From a virus, in the IMG/VR virus record IMGVR_UViG_3300047281_000098, positions 1 to 64,000 of that record: 64,000 nucleotides of DNA. One strand, 5' to 3'. Under the pieces are notes generated by a model. It searched no databases and was not told the DNA's origin. It was given only the letters and a program-made list of their open reading frames with translations. The position numbers were made by a program, and so were the translations under genes. Shown piece after piece: positions 53,552 through 62,366 of this stretch. Position 1 is the first letter of the stretch, and each line of letters opens with the position of its first letter.

Positions 53552-54532
53552 ATGTTTGATATTCTATCTATATTACCTGGCAAGAAAAAAACAACGAGTA
53601 GCGGCTGGACAAGTTTCAACGCTGTTTGTTGTAGCCATCTTGGACACAAGTCCGATCGCCGTATGCGCGGCGGTATTAAGTTTGACGGTCAATCCAAATG
53701 GACCATGAACTGTTTCAATTGTAGATACTCATGTAATTTTGTATTAGGCAAATCAATAAGCCCAAAAACTAGACAGCTTCTTATTTGGTGCGGTATTGAC
53801 AGTGAACAGATTCAACGATGGAGTCTGGAGAGTTTACAACATAAAGACTTACTGGACTTTTCAGGTGACGTTCTACCTCGTAAAAAAGTAAAATTCAAAG
53901 AGCAGGAATTGCCAACTGATGCTGAATTAATAAACGTAAACAACCCTGATCATAAGATATACACTGACTATTTGATCAAACGACATATTGATCCTAATGA
54001 ATATCCGTTTATGGTAACTCCGCATATTCAGGGTAGAAATAACAATCGCATAATTGTACCGTATACTTATAAAAATAAGATCGTTGGACATACTAGTAGA
54101 TACCTAGATAATAAATTACCAAAGTATATCAATTCTCAACAGCACGGATATGTATTCGGATTTGACTTTCAAAAACCTGAATGGAATATATGTCTGGTAG
54201 TTGAGGGTATATTTGATGCGCTGAGTTTGAATGCGTGCGCTACAATGCATAACACAATCAATGACGATCAAGCACAGGTATTAGCACAGTTAAACAAACA
54301 GATAATAGTAGTACCGGATAGAGACCGTGCCGGATTAGAAATATGTAGTCGTGCGTTAGAGTTAGGATATAGTATTAGCTTACCAAATTGGCACGTTGAT
54401 GTAAAGGATGTTAACGATGCGATAATCCGTTACGGAAAGCTTCCAACGCTAATGAGTATATTACAAGCAGCCACGATGTCTAAAATTAAAATCGAAATGC
54501 AAAGGAAAAAAATTGAAAAAACAAGAATCTAA
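53552..54532 (+). CDS. DNA primase
   Basis: Zn-binding CC..CFNC, PKYIN, TOPRIM VEGIFDA, PDRD, KDVND; start 53552 or 53546. Confidence 0.93.
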   Translation: MFDILSILPGKKKTTSSGWTSFNAVCCSHLGHKSDRRMRGGIKFDGQSKWTMNCFNCRYSCNFVLGKSISPKTRQLLIWCGIDSEQIQRWSLESLQHKDLLDFSGDVLPRKKVKFKEQELPTDAELINVNNPDHKIYTDYLIKRHIDPNEYPFMVTPHIQGRNNNRIIVPYTYKNKIVGHTSRYLDNKLPKYINSQQHGYVFGFDFQKPEWNICLVVEGIFDALSLNACATMHNTINDDQAQVLAQLNKQIIVVPDRDRAGLEICSRALELGYSISLPNWHVDVKDVNDAIIRYGKLPTLMSILQAATMSKIKIEMQRKKIEKTRI

Positions 54533-55952
54533 GAAACAACTTGAATATACTCCTGATGTTCAGAAATTATTTTTGCGAATGATGATAACTAACTCGGAGT
54601 TATACACCCGTGTTATGAACATTATGAACAGCGAGAATTTTGACAGATCGCTGCGCCCAGTGGCAGAAATGTTTAAAGAACATACTGACAAGTATAAGAT
54701 TTTACCTGATGCCACTCAGATTAAAGCAACAACCGGGATTGATATTGAACCGGTGCCTGAATTAAGTGACGGACATTTTGAATGGTTCTTTGATGAGTTT
54801 GAAGCATTCACTAAGCGACAGGAACTTGAGCGTGCGATTCTTAAAGCAGCAGACTTGCTTGAGAAGGGTGATTTTTCTCCTGTGGAAAAGCTAATCAAGG
54901 ACGCAGTTCAAATTAGCCTACAGAAAGACATGGGGACTGACTACTTTGCTGACCCCGCACATCGTATCAATAAGTATTTTAACTCAGGTGGTCAAGTATC
55001 AACTGGCTGGCCACAGATGGATCGTATTTTGTACGGTGGCATGAGTCGCGGCGAACTTAATATCTTTGCAGGTGGCTCTGGTTCTGGTAAGTCACTGGTC
55101 ATGATGAATTTGGCATTGAATTGGCTACAAGTTGGATTGAGCGGAGTTTATATTACACTAGAACTTTCAGAAGAACTAACCTCACTGCGTACTGATGCGA
55201 TGTTAACCAGTATGGGAACTAAAGATATTCGTAAGGATATTGACAATACTGCTTTAAAGGTAGCATTGATAGGGAAGAAGTCTGGTAAGTATCGTGTCAA
55301 GGGACTACCTGCGCAAAGTAATGTCAATGATATTCGTGCTTATCTGAAAGAAGTTCAAATTCAAACTGGTATCAAGATCGACTTTGTTATGGTCGATTAT
55401 CTTGACTTGGTTATGCCAGTATCTGTTAAAGTTAACCCCAACGACCAGTTTATTAAAGACAAATATGTAGCTGAAGAATTGCGAAATTTAAGCAAAGAAT
55501 TAGGCGTGTTGTTAGTTACAGCATCACAGTTGAATCGTTCAGCAGTTGATGAAATTGAGTTTGATCATAGTCACATTGCAGGTGGTATCTCTAAGATTAA
55601 TACAGCGGATAACGTGTTCGGTATCTTCACAAGCCGTAGTATGCGTGAACGTGGTAAGTATCAGATTCAATGTATGAAGTCGCGTAGTTCAACAGGTGTT
55701 GGTATGAAAGTTGATTTGGAATACAACATTGAAACGATGCGTATTACTGACGATGACCCTGAGGGATATGCGGATCAGCAAGCAAAATATACTCCTAAAC
55801 CTAGTCCTAATGATTTAATGACTAGGATGAAGCCTACTCCATACACTGATATTTCTCAACTATCAGATAATTCAGAACCACTGACCAAGAAAATAGTGGC
55901 AAATGTTCAGGGTAGTAAACTAAATGCGCTACTGAATAGTTTAAAGAAATAA
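54513..55952 (+). CDS. replicative DnaB-like helicase (T4 gp41-like)
   Basis: GGSGSGKS, TLEL, VDYLD, TASQLNR, KSR. Confidence 0.95.
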   Translation: MKKQESKKQLEYTPDVQKLFLRMMITNSELYTRVMNIMNSENFDRSLRPVAEMFKEHTDKYKILPDATQIKATTGIDIEPVPELSDGHFEWFFDEFEAFTKRQELERAILKAADLLEKGDFSPVEKLIKDAVQISLQKDMGTDYFADPAHRINKYFNSGGQVSTGWPQMDRILYGGMSRGELNIFAGGSGSGKSLVMMNLALNWLQVGLSGVYITLELSEELTSLRTDAMLTSMGTKDIRKDIDNTALKVALIGKKSGKYRVKGLPAQSNVNDIRAYLKEVQIQTGIKIDFVMVDYLDLVMPVSVKVNPNDQFIKDKYVAEELRNLSKELGVLLVTASQLNRSAVDEIEFDHSHIAGGISKINTADNVFGIFTSRSMRERGKYQIQCMKSRSSTGVGMKVDLEYNIETMRITDDDPEGYADQQAKYTPKPSPNDLMTRMKPTPYTDISQLSDNSEPLTKKIVANVQGSKLNALLNSLKK

Positions 55953-55975
55953 ACAAAGCAAAGCATAAATACTTG

Positions 55976-56224
55976 ATGCAAACAAATACTCGCAGCCTTC
56001 TGGAAGAATTAGAGTCTATTAGTCATAATCGTGATACAACTCACATTATAGAAAGTAGAGCTAATAATATTATTACCAGTGCTATTAATTTATTAGAATT
56101 AATGAATAAGCACTATACGGAAGAGCAATGTCAAATCCTGGAAAGAAAACTACTAGGTGCTATAAAAAGCAGAGACCAAAGTAGATTTGCAAAATCTTTA
56201 AGGAAAAATAGTGAAACTGAATGA
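55976..56224 (+). CDS. hypothetical late protein
   Basis: TAAATA 4 nt upstream of ATG. Confidence 0.72.
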   Translation: MQTNTRSLLEELESISHNRDTTHIIESRANNIITSAINLLELMNKHYTEEQCQILERKLLGAIKSRDQSRFAKSLRKNSETE

Positions 56225-57467
56225 ACTAAAACACCCTAGCGCACTAAATGAAGACCTTAGTGATTGGATAGGAACTCACGGAGCAGCGGCTGTAAAAGGC
56301 GGAATAGATAAATTTAAAGGTAATGCTGAAGGTAGCTTGAGTACTGTTGACCGAATGGCAAGAGATGGATTCATTAAAGATTTCATCGGGCGCGCATCTG
56401 CTAACATCAAAAGTGCAATTGCTAGCGGAATAGTTATCCCCCCAGTAGCAGGTCAATCTGCGCCTGTGGCAGGTCAAACAGCAACAGCAGCCCCAGAGAC
56501 TCCTGAACAAAAACGTATTAGATTACAAAAGACGCAACAGCAAACGCTTGATAAGTCCAGTGGTCAATTCAGTAAGCTGCCAAACCCTGTCTCGGCACAA
56601 GCCGAGACTCCTGAACAAAAACGTATTAGATTACAAAAGACGCAACAGCAATCACAAGCTGGTGCCAGTGGACAATTCAGTAAGTTACCGGCAAATCAAG
56701 TAGCAACGCAATCCGCTAATATCAGGACAGCAAAACAATTAGCCGCAGCTCCACAAACAACTGTAAAGCCAGTTGCTGTACCCGTACAAACCCCCGGTGA
56801 GAAAAGAGCAGCAAGACTGGCCACTGCTACAGCCGCATTAAGGGAATCATCAACATATAGCAAATTAAATGTTGTGTTTGAATCAATGATGGAAGCAGGC
56901 AACGCCACTAGCAGTGTTAGCAGCTACTTACAAAAAATGTTTACTCAGTACATGCACGGAGTTGATACATCATCACAATCTGCGAAAATCAAAGAATTGA
57001 GTGATGCTGTTGAACAATCATATTCAATGACAGACGGTGGAAAAGCAGCTATTGCTCCTCTTACACAACTAGCAAACTTAGGATTTGCGCTATCGCATAG
57101 CAACAAAGGCAGAGATGCAGCCGCTGCCCCGGCCACTGCGGCAGAACAGCCTGGTTTTTTGAGTGGACTAACACAGGGTGCTAGTTCAGCACAGGGTATA
57201 GCACCCGTAGCTGACGGCACCGCATATGCTAAAGCAAAAGCAGCAGTGACTGTTCTTGATAAAAAAGGTAAACAGCGAATAGGATCGTTAATACAGAAAT
57301 CTCTTGCGACTCCTAATGCGGCATTGGCGCCAGCAGCAGACCGGGCTAGTGCTGAAGCTGCTATGCGTGCTAGACGGGCACCGGTTGTACCGCAGTCTCC
57401 CGCGCAGCGTCGAGGCGGTATGCAGGTCGCCGAACAAAAAATAGTGAAAAAATGGGGCGAAGAATAA
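56211..57467 (+). CDS. putative internal head protein, Ala/Gln-rich
   Basis: leader MKLNEL..LNE; internal duplication. Confidence 0.7.
   Translation: MKLNELKHPSALNEDLSDWIGTHGAAAVKGGIDKFKGNAEGSLSTVDRMARDGFIKDFIGRASANIKSAIASGIVIPPVAGQSAPVAGQTATAAPETPEQKRIRLQKTQQQTLDKSSGQFSKLPNPVSAQAETPEQKRIRLQKTQQQSQAGASGQFSKLPANQVATQSANIRTAKQLAAAPQTTVKPVAVPVQTPGEKRAARLATATAALRESSTYSKLNVVFESMMEAGNATSSVSSYLQKMFTQYMHGVDTSSQSAKIKELSDAVEQSYSMTDGGKAAIAPLTQLANLGFALSHSNKGRDAAAAPATAAEQPGFLSGLTQGASSAQGIAPVADGTAYAKAKAAVTVLDKKGKQRIGSLIQKSLATPNAALAPAADRASAEAAMRARRAPVVPQSPAQRRGGMQVAEQKIVKKWGEE
56496..56651 (+). repeat. 48-bp exact direct repeat with 108-bp period
   Basis: ETPEQKRIRLQKTQQQ encoded identically at 56496-56543 and 56604-56651. 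Confidence 0.92.
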
Positions 57468-57468
57468 C

Positions 57469-58620
57469 ATGATTGATTCACTATCAACACTTACTAAGAA
57501 ACTTGATAACATTGCGTCTATTATAGTAGAAGCAAAAGGCCATCTAGACCACCCAGAAGATTTGATTTTCTTGGGAGGGGGCGCTGGGGCCACTCAAGCA
57601 CTTAATGCTATTATAGCAACAGCAAAAAATCCTAATACAGTTACTATCAAGTGGGATGGTTATCCCGCACTAATATTTGGTCGTGATTTCAACGGCAAGT
57701 TTAGTATTATGGACAAGCACATGTTCAATAAGAAAGACGGCTCTGGAAGAGCCGTCTATAGCCCTGAACAATTTAGACAGTATGATATAGCCAGAGGTGT
57801 TGATCGCAGTGATTTACATCGTTTAATCAATGAGATTTGGCCCGGATTAGAAAAAGCATCAAGTTCTGCCAAGGGATACTATTGGGGCGACTTATTATTC
57901 AGTCAACCACTAGTGGATAAGAACGGTGTGTTCACTTTTAAAGCAAATCCTAATGGTATTACTTATACAGTAGACACAAGCAGTGATGTAGGTAAGTTAA
58001 TGTCCGGAAAGACTGCCGGAATAGCAGTTCACCAACAACTTGCCCCTGAATCAGCAAGTACCGACTTTGCCACTACACTGAACGGGACAATAGGTAATTT
58101 AAAGAATAATTCTGATGTGGCAATTGTTCCTAGCGCAATGCCTAATACTCCAAAGATTAAATTAGATGCTGGATTAGTAAAGAATGTAAAAAGTGCTATT
58201 GCAAAATACGGAGCCGATGTTGATCAGTTGATAAATTCAGCTCCACAAGCAAAGAATACCTTTAATCAGCTATTCACTGTGTATATTAATAAGAAAATTG
58301 TATCAGGTAACTTAGAGAATCTAGTCGAAGACTTCATGGGATTCTTTAAAACTAGACCTATGTCAGATGATATGGCATACAAGCTATCTGAGCACTTTCA
58401 CATTAATCAAAAAGGCATCATTGGGGCATTTACTATCTGGATAGCATTATATCAGCTAAAGATGAGTATTGTTAATCAGTTGAATGAAGCTGCTAAGGCA
58501 TCCCCTGTCAAAGGATATCTACAAGATGGATCTGAAACACATGAGGGTTTCGTGTCTAATGGTCTGAAATTCGTAGATAGGATGGGATTTAGTCGTCAAA
58601 ATTTAGCCGGTAGGGCATAG
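57469..58620 (+). CDS. ligase-like nucleotidyltransferase-fold protein
   Basis: HLDHPED, KWDG (motif I), GDLLF, HEGFV (motif IV), KFVDR (motif V). Confidence 0.65.
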   Translation: MIDSLSTLTKKLDNIASIIVEAKGHLDHPEDLIFLGGGAGATQALNAIIATAKNPNTVTIKWDGYPALIFGRDFNGKFSIMDKHMFNKKDGSGRAVYSPEQFRQYDIARGVDRSDLHRLINEIWPGLEKASSSAKGYYWGDLLFSQPLVDKNGVFTFKANPNGITYTVDTSSDVGKLMSGKTAGIAVHQQLAPESASTDFATTLNGTIGNLKNNSDVAIVPSAMPNTPKIKLDAGLVKNVKSAIAKYGADVDQLINSAPQAKNTFNQLFTVYINKKIVSGNLENLVEDFMGFFKTRPMSDDMAYKLSEHFHINQKGIIGAFTIWIALYQLKMSIVNQLNEAAKASPVKGYLQDGSETHEGFVSNGLKFVDRMGFSRQNLAGRA

Positions 58621-58713
58621 ATAATCCACAATTTTTTGTTCCTGGCATAAATACATTTAGAGCAACACATTATTCATAGTGAATAATAGCTCACATACTA
58701 AAGGAAATATATT

Positions 58714-59193
58714 ATGTCAGGATTTACACGTACACACGGCGATTCACAACCAGTATTCGCTATCGACACATTGAACGGCCCAGTTGCTTCAACTGCTTCT
58801 GCTGACGGTACAACTACAAACTTCATCGGTCCAGCAATGGACTTCTTCAGCTTTGATCTAGGTGCTGCTCCAACTGCTCAGTTAGGCGTATCTGGTGCTA
58901 TTGCTGCTGTTCTACAAAGCTTAGAGCAATTGTCAACTGTTATGATCTATTCAGTATCAGCTACTGCTAATACTACTAACATGTCAGTTGGTCTATATCC
59001 AGTTGGCGCATACGGCGAAACAGCTTTAGGTACTGCTGCGTTCAACATCCAAACAGCAATTCGTGCTTTGGGTACTGTTAACACATACAGCTTAGCTGGA
59101 GCAGTTTGTTCAGGCGCTGCTACTACTGCTACTGCTCAAGACGGTTCAAACGCTGGTTTCAGATTAGCTTCTACTGTTACTTCAGCTTCTTAA
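58714..59193 (+). CDS. abundant virion protein (decoration-like)
   Basis: late promoter, AAGGA RBS, biased codons, own terminator. Confidence 0.7.
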   Translation: MSGFTRTHGDSQPVFAIDTLNGPVASTASADGTTTNFIGPAMDFFSFDLGAAPTAQLGVSGAIAAVLQSLEQLSTVMIYSVSATANTTNMSVGLYPVGAYGETALGTAAFNIQTAIRALGTVNTYSLAGAVCSGAATTATAQDGSNAGFRLASTVTSAS

Positions 59194-59209
59194 TCAATTA
59201 CTGATTAGC

Positions 59210-59241
59210 AAAAGCCCTAAGATTTTTCTTGGGGCTTTTTT
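59210..59241 (+). terminator. intrinsic terminator
   Basis: AAAAGCCCTAAGA...TCTTGGGGCTTTTTT. Confidence 0.8.
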
Positions 59242-59258
59242 ACGGCTCTAAATAGAGT

Positions 59259-59717
59259 ATGAGCTTTACTATTACATGTTACACGCTGTTTGATATCACC
59301 CCGACAGGAGTAATCAATAGACAGCGACCAGGCCCTGATCAGGATATGAATATGTGGCTTCATAAAAGAAACACACAATGTAATTTTGATACAGTGATCC
59401 AATCAGTTTCTCTTAGGTCTCAACCTGAAGTCACTCGTCTTCCAGAAAAAATACAAATACGATTTGATGAGTTTGATAAGTTTGGATTTTTGTTTGAACA
59501 ACAAGAAGATGAATTGTACAATTGTTGGTCATTTGATTTTGAGATACAACATCCAAGTGTGTTCGACAATGGAATCACTGAATTAGGAGCATTATATAGT
59601 GATTGCGATAATGTTCCAATGATCAAATGTAGTACTACATGGGATAAGTTACCCTCATTTCTAGATACATCTGATGAGTTGCGTAATATATATTTTAAGG
59701 TATCAAAGTATGAATAA
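59259..59717 (+). CDS. conserved hypothetical late protein
   Basis: TLFDITPTG, QSVSLRSQP; TAAATA 4 nt upstream. Confidence 0.78.
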   Translation: MSFTITCYTLFDITPTGVINRQRPGPDQDMNMWLHKRNTQCNFDTVIQSVSLRSQPEVTRLPEKIQIRFDEFDKFGFLFEQQEDELYNCWSFDFEIQHPSVFDNGITELGALYSDCDNVPMIKCSTTWDKLPSFLDTSDELRNIYFKVSKYE

Positions 59718-60216
59718 CAAAAAAATGGCAGTCGTCGAGAAAGCCATAAAACACGGCATGCTCTCTGATATGAGAAATATCATCATTTATCAAGAGCCAG
59801 ACGGTACTTATCAACTTTTCAATAAGTACACCATACTCAGAATAGCTTCTGGTGAGTTCGTTGTCGGAAGTAATACTGTTACTAAACATACAACATTTTA
59901 TAATCTACAAAACGCAGCTGCCTGGTGTATTTTTGATGTGCAGGATAAAGTGCGTGAATCATCACGAATAGCTGAGTTAGATTACAGACTAAGTAGCATT
60001 GACATTGATATAGCAATTCATAACAAACTATTCAAAAAGAGCAAGAATACAGAAGAAAAATTGATATATATTGCTAAGCTTGATGATGATAGATTGAAGA
60101 AGACATTGATCACCGATGAACTTCATATGTATTTGACTGATTCAAAAAGATGGCAAACAAAGCGATTTGATCAAAAACCAGACAATAATATAAGAAAGAT
60201 AAATACTACATACTAG
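59710..60216 (+). CDS. hypothetical protein
   Basis: likely start MNNKK at 59710 overlapping previous stop. Confidence 0.7.
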   Translation: MNNKKMAVVEKAIKHGMLSDMRNIIIYQEPDGTYQLFNKYTILRIASGEFVVGSNTVTKHTTFYNLQNAAAWCIFDVQDKVRESSRIAELDYRLSSIDIDIAIHNKLFKKSKNTEEKLIYIAKLDDDRLKKTLITDELHMYLTDSKRWQTKRFDQKPDNNIRKINTTY

Positions 60217-60230
60217 TTTTGGAACACACT

Positions 60231-60935
60231 ATGAAATTAACTGAATTTAACAACACCACTCTTGCTACTGCTAAAAAAGCATTAACAGAAAATTACAACT
60301 TACCATTTAATGTAGGTAATCTCTCACCTTCAGCTACTAATGCCATGCTACAAAAAGTTCGTGGTTTAATATCTGAGACCAGAGAATCGTCTGACTTCTA
60401 TTCAAGTCAGAACAATCCTGCATACATGAAACTTATGTTCATGAGTCAGGCATTGACTAATCAGATGAACGAATTCAGATCACGGGCATCTACTCGTATT
60501 GTAGTAGAAAACGAAGAAGTTGAGAAATCACAAGTAGTTTTAGCTGCTCAGGATATGGTAGATAGCATTCAAAAAATGCTTGAACAAGTAAGCGATATGT
60601 TAGTAAAAGAAATGCCTGCACTAGTTGATAGCATTCAAAGTGAAATTGGTGTTAATGAAAGTGAACAGTTTAGTTCTCAAGCTGGTGAAGCATTGACTTC
60701 ATTAACTGCTGCTCTAACTCAATCAAAGACCGGGCTTCAAGGCGCATTAGGTGTTGTCACTGGACAAGGCGGCATGGAATCTCCAGCGGCATTTGGTGAT
60801 GAAGATATGGGCGATGCTGAAATGGCCCCTCCTGAAGAAGACATCGAAGACTCGTTCCCACCTGAAGAAGAAGACCTAGCTCCTGAAGAAGAACTTGGTG
60901 CTCCCGTTGCTGATGTTGGTCGCGCAAGAAGATAA
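60231..60935 (+). CDS. prohead core/scaffold-like protein
   Basis: leader MKLTEF, coiled coil, acidic tail, basic end GRARR. Confidence 0.6.
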   Translation: MKLTEFNNTTLATAKKALTENYNLPFNVGNLSPSATNAMLQKVRGLISETRESSDFYSSQNNPAYMKLMFMSQALTNQMNEFRSRASTRIVVENEEVEKSQVVLAAQDMVDSIQKMLEQVSDMLVKEMPALVDSIQSEIGVNESEQFSSQAGEALTSLTAALTQSKTGLQGALGVVTGQGGMESPAAFGDEDMGDAEMAPPEEDIEDSFPPEEEDLAPEEELGAPVADVGRARR

Positions 60936-60937
60936 CA

Positions 60938-61261
60938 ATGTTACTTCACGAGTTTACTGGTCCAAATGATGTAGCCGTTCAATTAGTCGGGGCTATGAGC
61001 CAACTAAAAAGTAGTATTGATGACGGACAAGCAAAAAATGATTGGACAGTTGATGAGTTACTCAGTTACCTTAAGGGAAATGATATACACATTGACAAGT
61101 CTGACTTGTTTAATATGATTAAAAAGCCACCTCTTCAAAATATGATTTCCAATATCCAAGGTGAAGAGGTTGTCTTTAAGGGACAAGAGACAATTGCTGC
61201 TCCTGACCAAGATCAAAACAAGAAAATTGTCAAAGCAATGGCACACAGTGCAGCAAAATGA
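60938..61261 (+). CDS. hypothetical protein
   Basis: leader MLLHEF. Confidence 0.72.
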   Translation: MLLHEFTGPNDVAVQLVGAMSQLKSSIDDGQAKNDWTVDELLSYLKGNDIHIDKSDLFNMIKKPPLQNMISNIQGEEVVFKGQETIAAPDQDQNKKIVKAMAHSAAK

Positions 61262-61578
61262 TAACTATCACTGATAAAGCAGCAGCGAAAGTAAAACAAA
61301 CAATCGCTAAGCGAGGCAAAGGATTAGGACTCAAAGTTGGAGTCAGGACGACCGGATGTTCCGGTCTTGCCTATGTGCTTGAATTTGTTGATGTCACACT
61401 ACCAGATGATATAGTAGTTGACTGTAGCGGATGTAATTTATACATTGACCCCAAAAGTTGTGCTTATGTTCAGGGTATGGTAATAGATTATGTTCGAAAC
61501 GGACTCAATGAAGGGTTTGAGTTCAGCAACCCAAATGAGCGTGATCGCTGCGGTTGCGGAGAGAGTTTTAGAGTATAG
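61258..61578 (+). CDS. iscA: A-type Fe-S cluster carrier
   Basis: TTGCSGLAY, NPN...CGCGESF. Confidence 0.96.
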   Translation: MITITDKAAAKVKQTIAKRGKGLGLKVGVRTTGCSGLAYVLEFVDVTLPDDIVVDCSGCNLYIDPKSCAYVQGMVIDYVRNGLNEGFEFSNPNERDRCGCGESFRV

Positions 61579-61591
61579 TTATCCGAATTAA

Positions 61592-61630
61592 TTGACAGTT
61601 ATACTATAATCAACTATAATTGACTATAAT
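61592..61630 (+). promoter_or_regulatory. sigma70 promoter with three tandem ACTATAAT boxes
   Basis: TTGACA-17 nt-TATAAT(61615); ACTATAAT at 61603, 61613, 61623. Confidence 0.8.
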
Positions 61631-62318
61631 GTATATTCCAAATAAATTCAACTATGTTGCGCTTCCTCGCGAAACTATCGCAGACGGTACACGTAAATAT
61701 GCTACCCCTGACGGCGAGAAGCTTCCTAGTGTTACTACAATTCTCGGCGCAACTACGCCTGAAGAAAAGAAATTGGTGCTACAGAACTGGCGTAAGAGAG
61801 TAGGTGCTGCGAAGGCACAAGAGATTACTACTGAAGCTGCCGGGCGCGGCACCCGGATGCACAAGTATCTTGAAGACTATATTAAAACAGGCGTACTGTC
61901 TGCTCCCGGTAGTAACCCTTATAGTATTCAAAGTAATTCAATGGCAAAGACTATCATTGACCAAGGGCTTGTAAATTGTAATGAATATTGGGGGACAGAA
62001 ATTCCAGTATATTTTCCTAAAATTTACGCAGGAATGACCGACTTAGCAGGAGTTCATTCCAATGGTGAATCAATTATGGATCATAAGCAAACGAATAAGC
62101 CAAAGAAGAGAGAATGGATCGATGATTATTTCATTCAGCTTTGTGCTTATGCCGCTGCCCATAATGAATTACATGGAACAAAGATTCGCAAAGGAGTTAT
62201 CTTTATGTGCGATCCTACATGCGCCTATCAAGAATTTATTATAGAGGGTGCTGAATTTGACAAGTACTCGGACATGTGGTGGAAACGAGTTGAAGAATAC
62301 TATACAAAGTTTCTATAG
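61629..62318 (+). CDS. PD-(D/E)xK exonuclease
   Basis: PSVTTIL, RGTRMH, YAGMTD, IMDHKQ, QLCAYA. Confidence 0.9.
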   Translation: MYIPNKFNYVALPRETIADGTRKYATPDGEKLPSVTTILGATTPEEKKLVLQNWRKRVGAAKAQEITTEAAGRGTRMHKYLEDYIKTGVLSAPGSNPYSIQSNSMAKTIIDQGLVNCNEYWGTEIPVYFPKIYAGMTDLAGVHSNGESIMDHKQTNKPKKREWIDDYFIQLCAYAAAHNELHGTKIRKGVIFMCDPTCAYQEFIIEGAEFDKYSDMWWKRVEEYYTKFL

Positions 62319-62338
62319 CCCAAAGTTTCTGTAACAGA

Positions 62339-62366
62339 TAAATAAGTATGAGGAATCATACTTATG
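62339..62366 (+). promoter_or_regulatory. late promoter within an RBS-occluding hairpin
   Basis: TAAATA; ATAAGTATGA-GGAA-TCATACTTAT covers SD and start codon. Confidence 0.8.

Noticed and set aside
61629-62318. Cas4 of a CRISPR system
   Set aside because: It lacks the Cas4 four-cysteine arrangement and any cas context; an ordinary phage PD-(D/E)xK nuclease is more likely.
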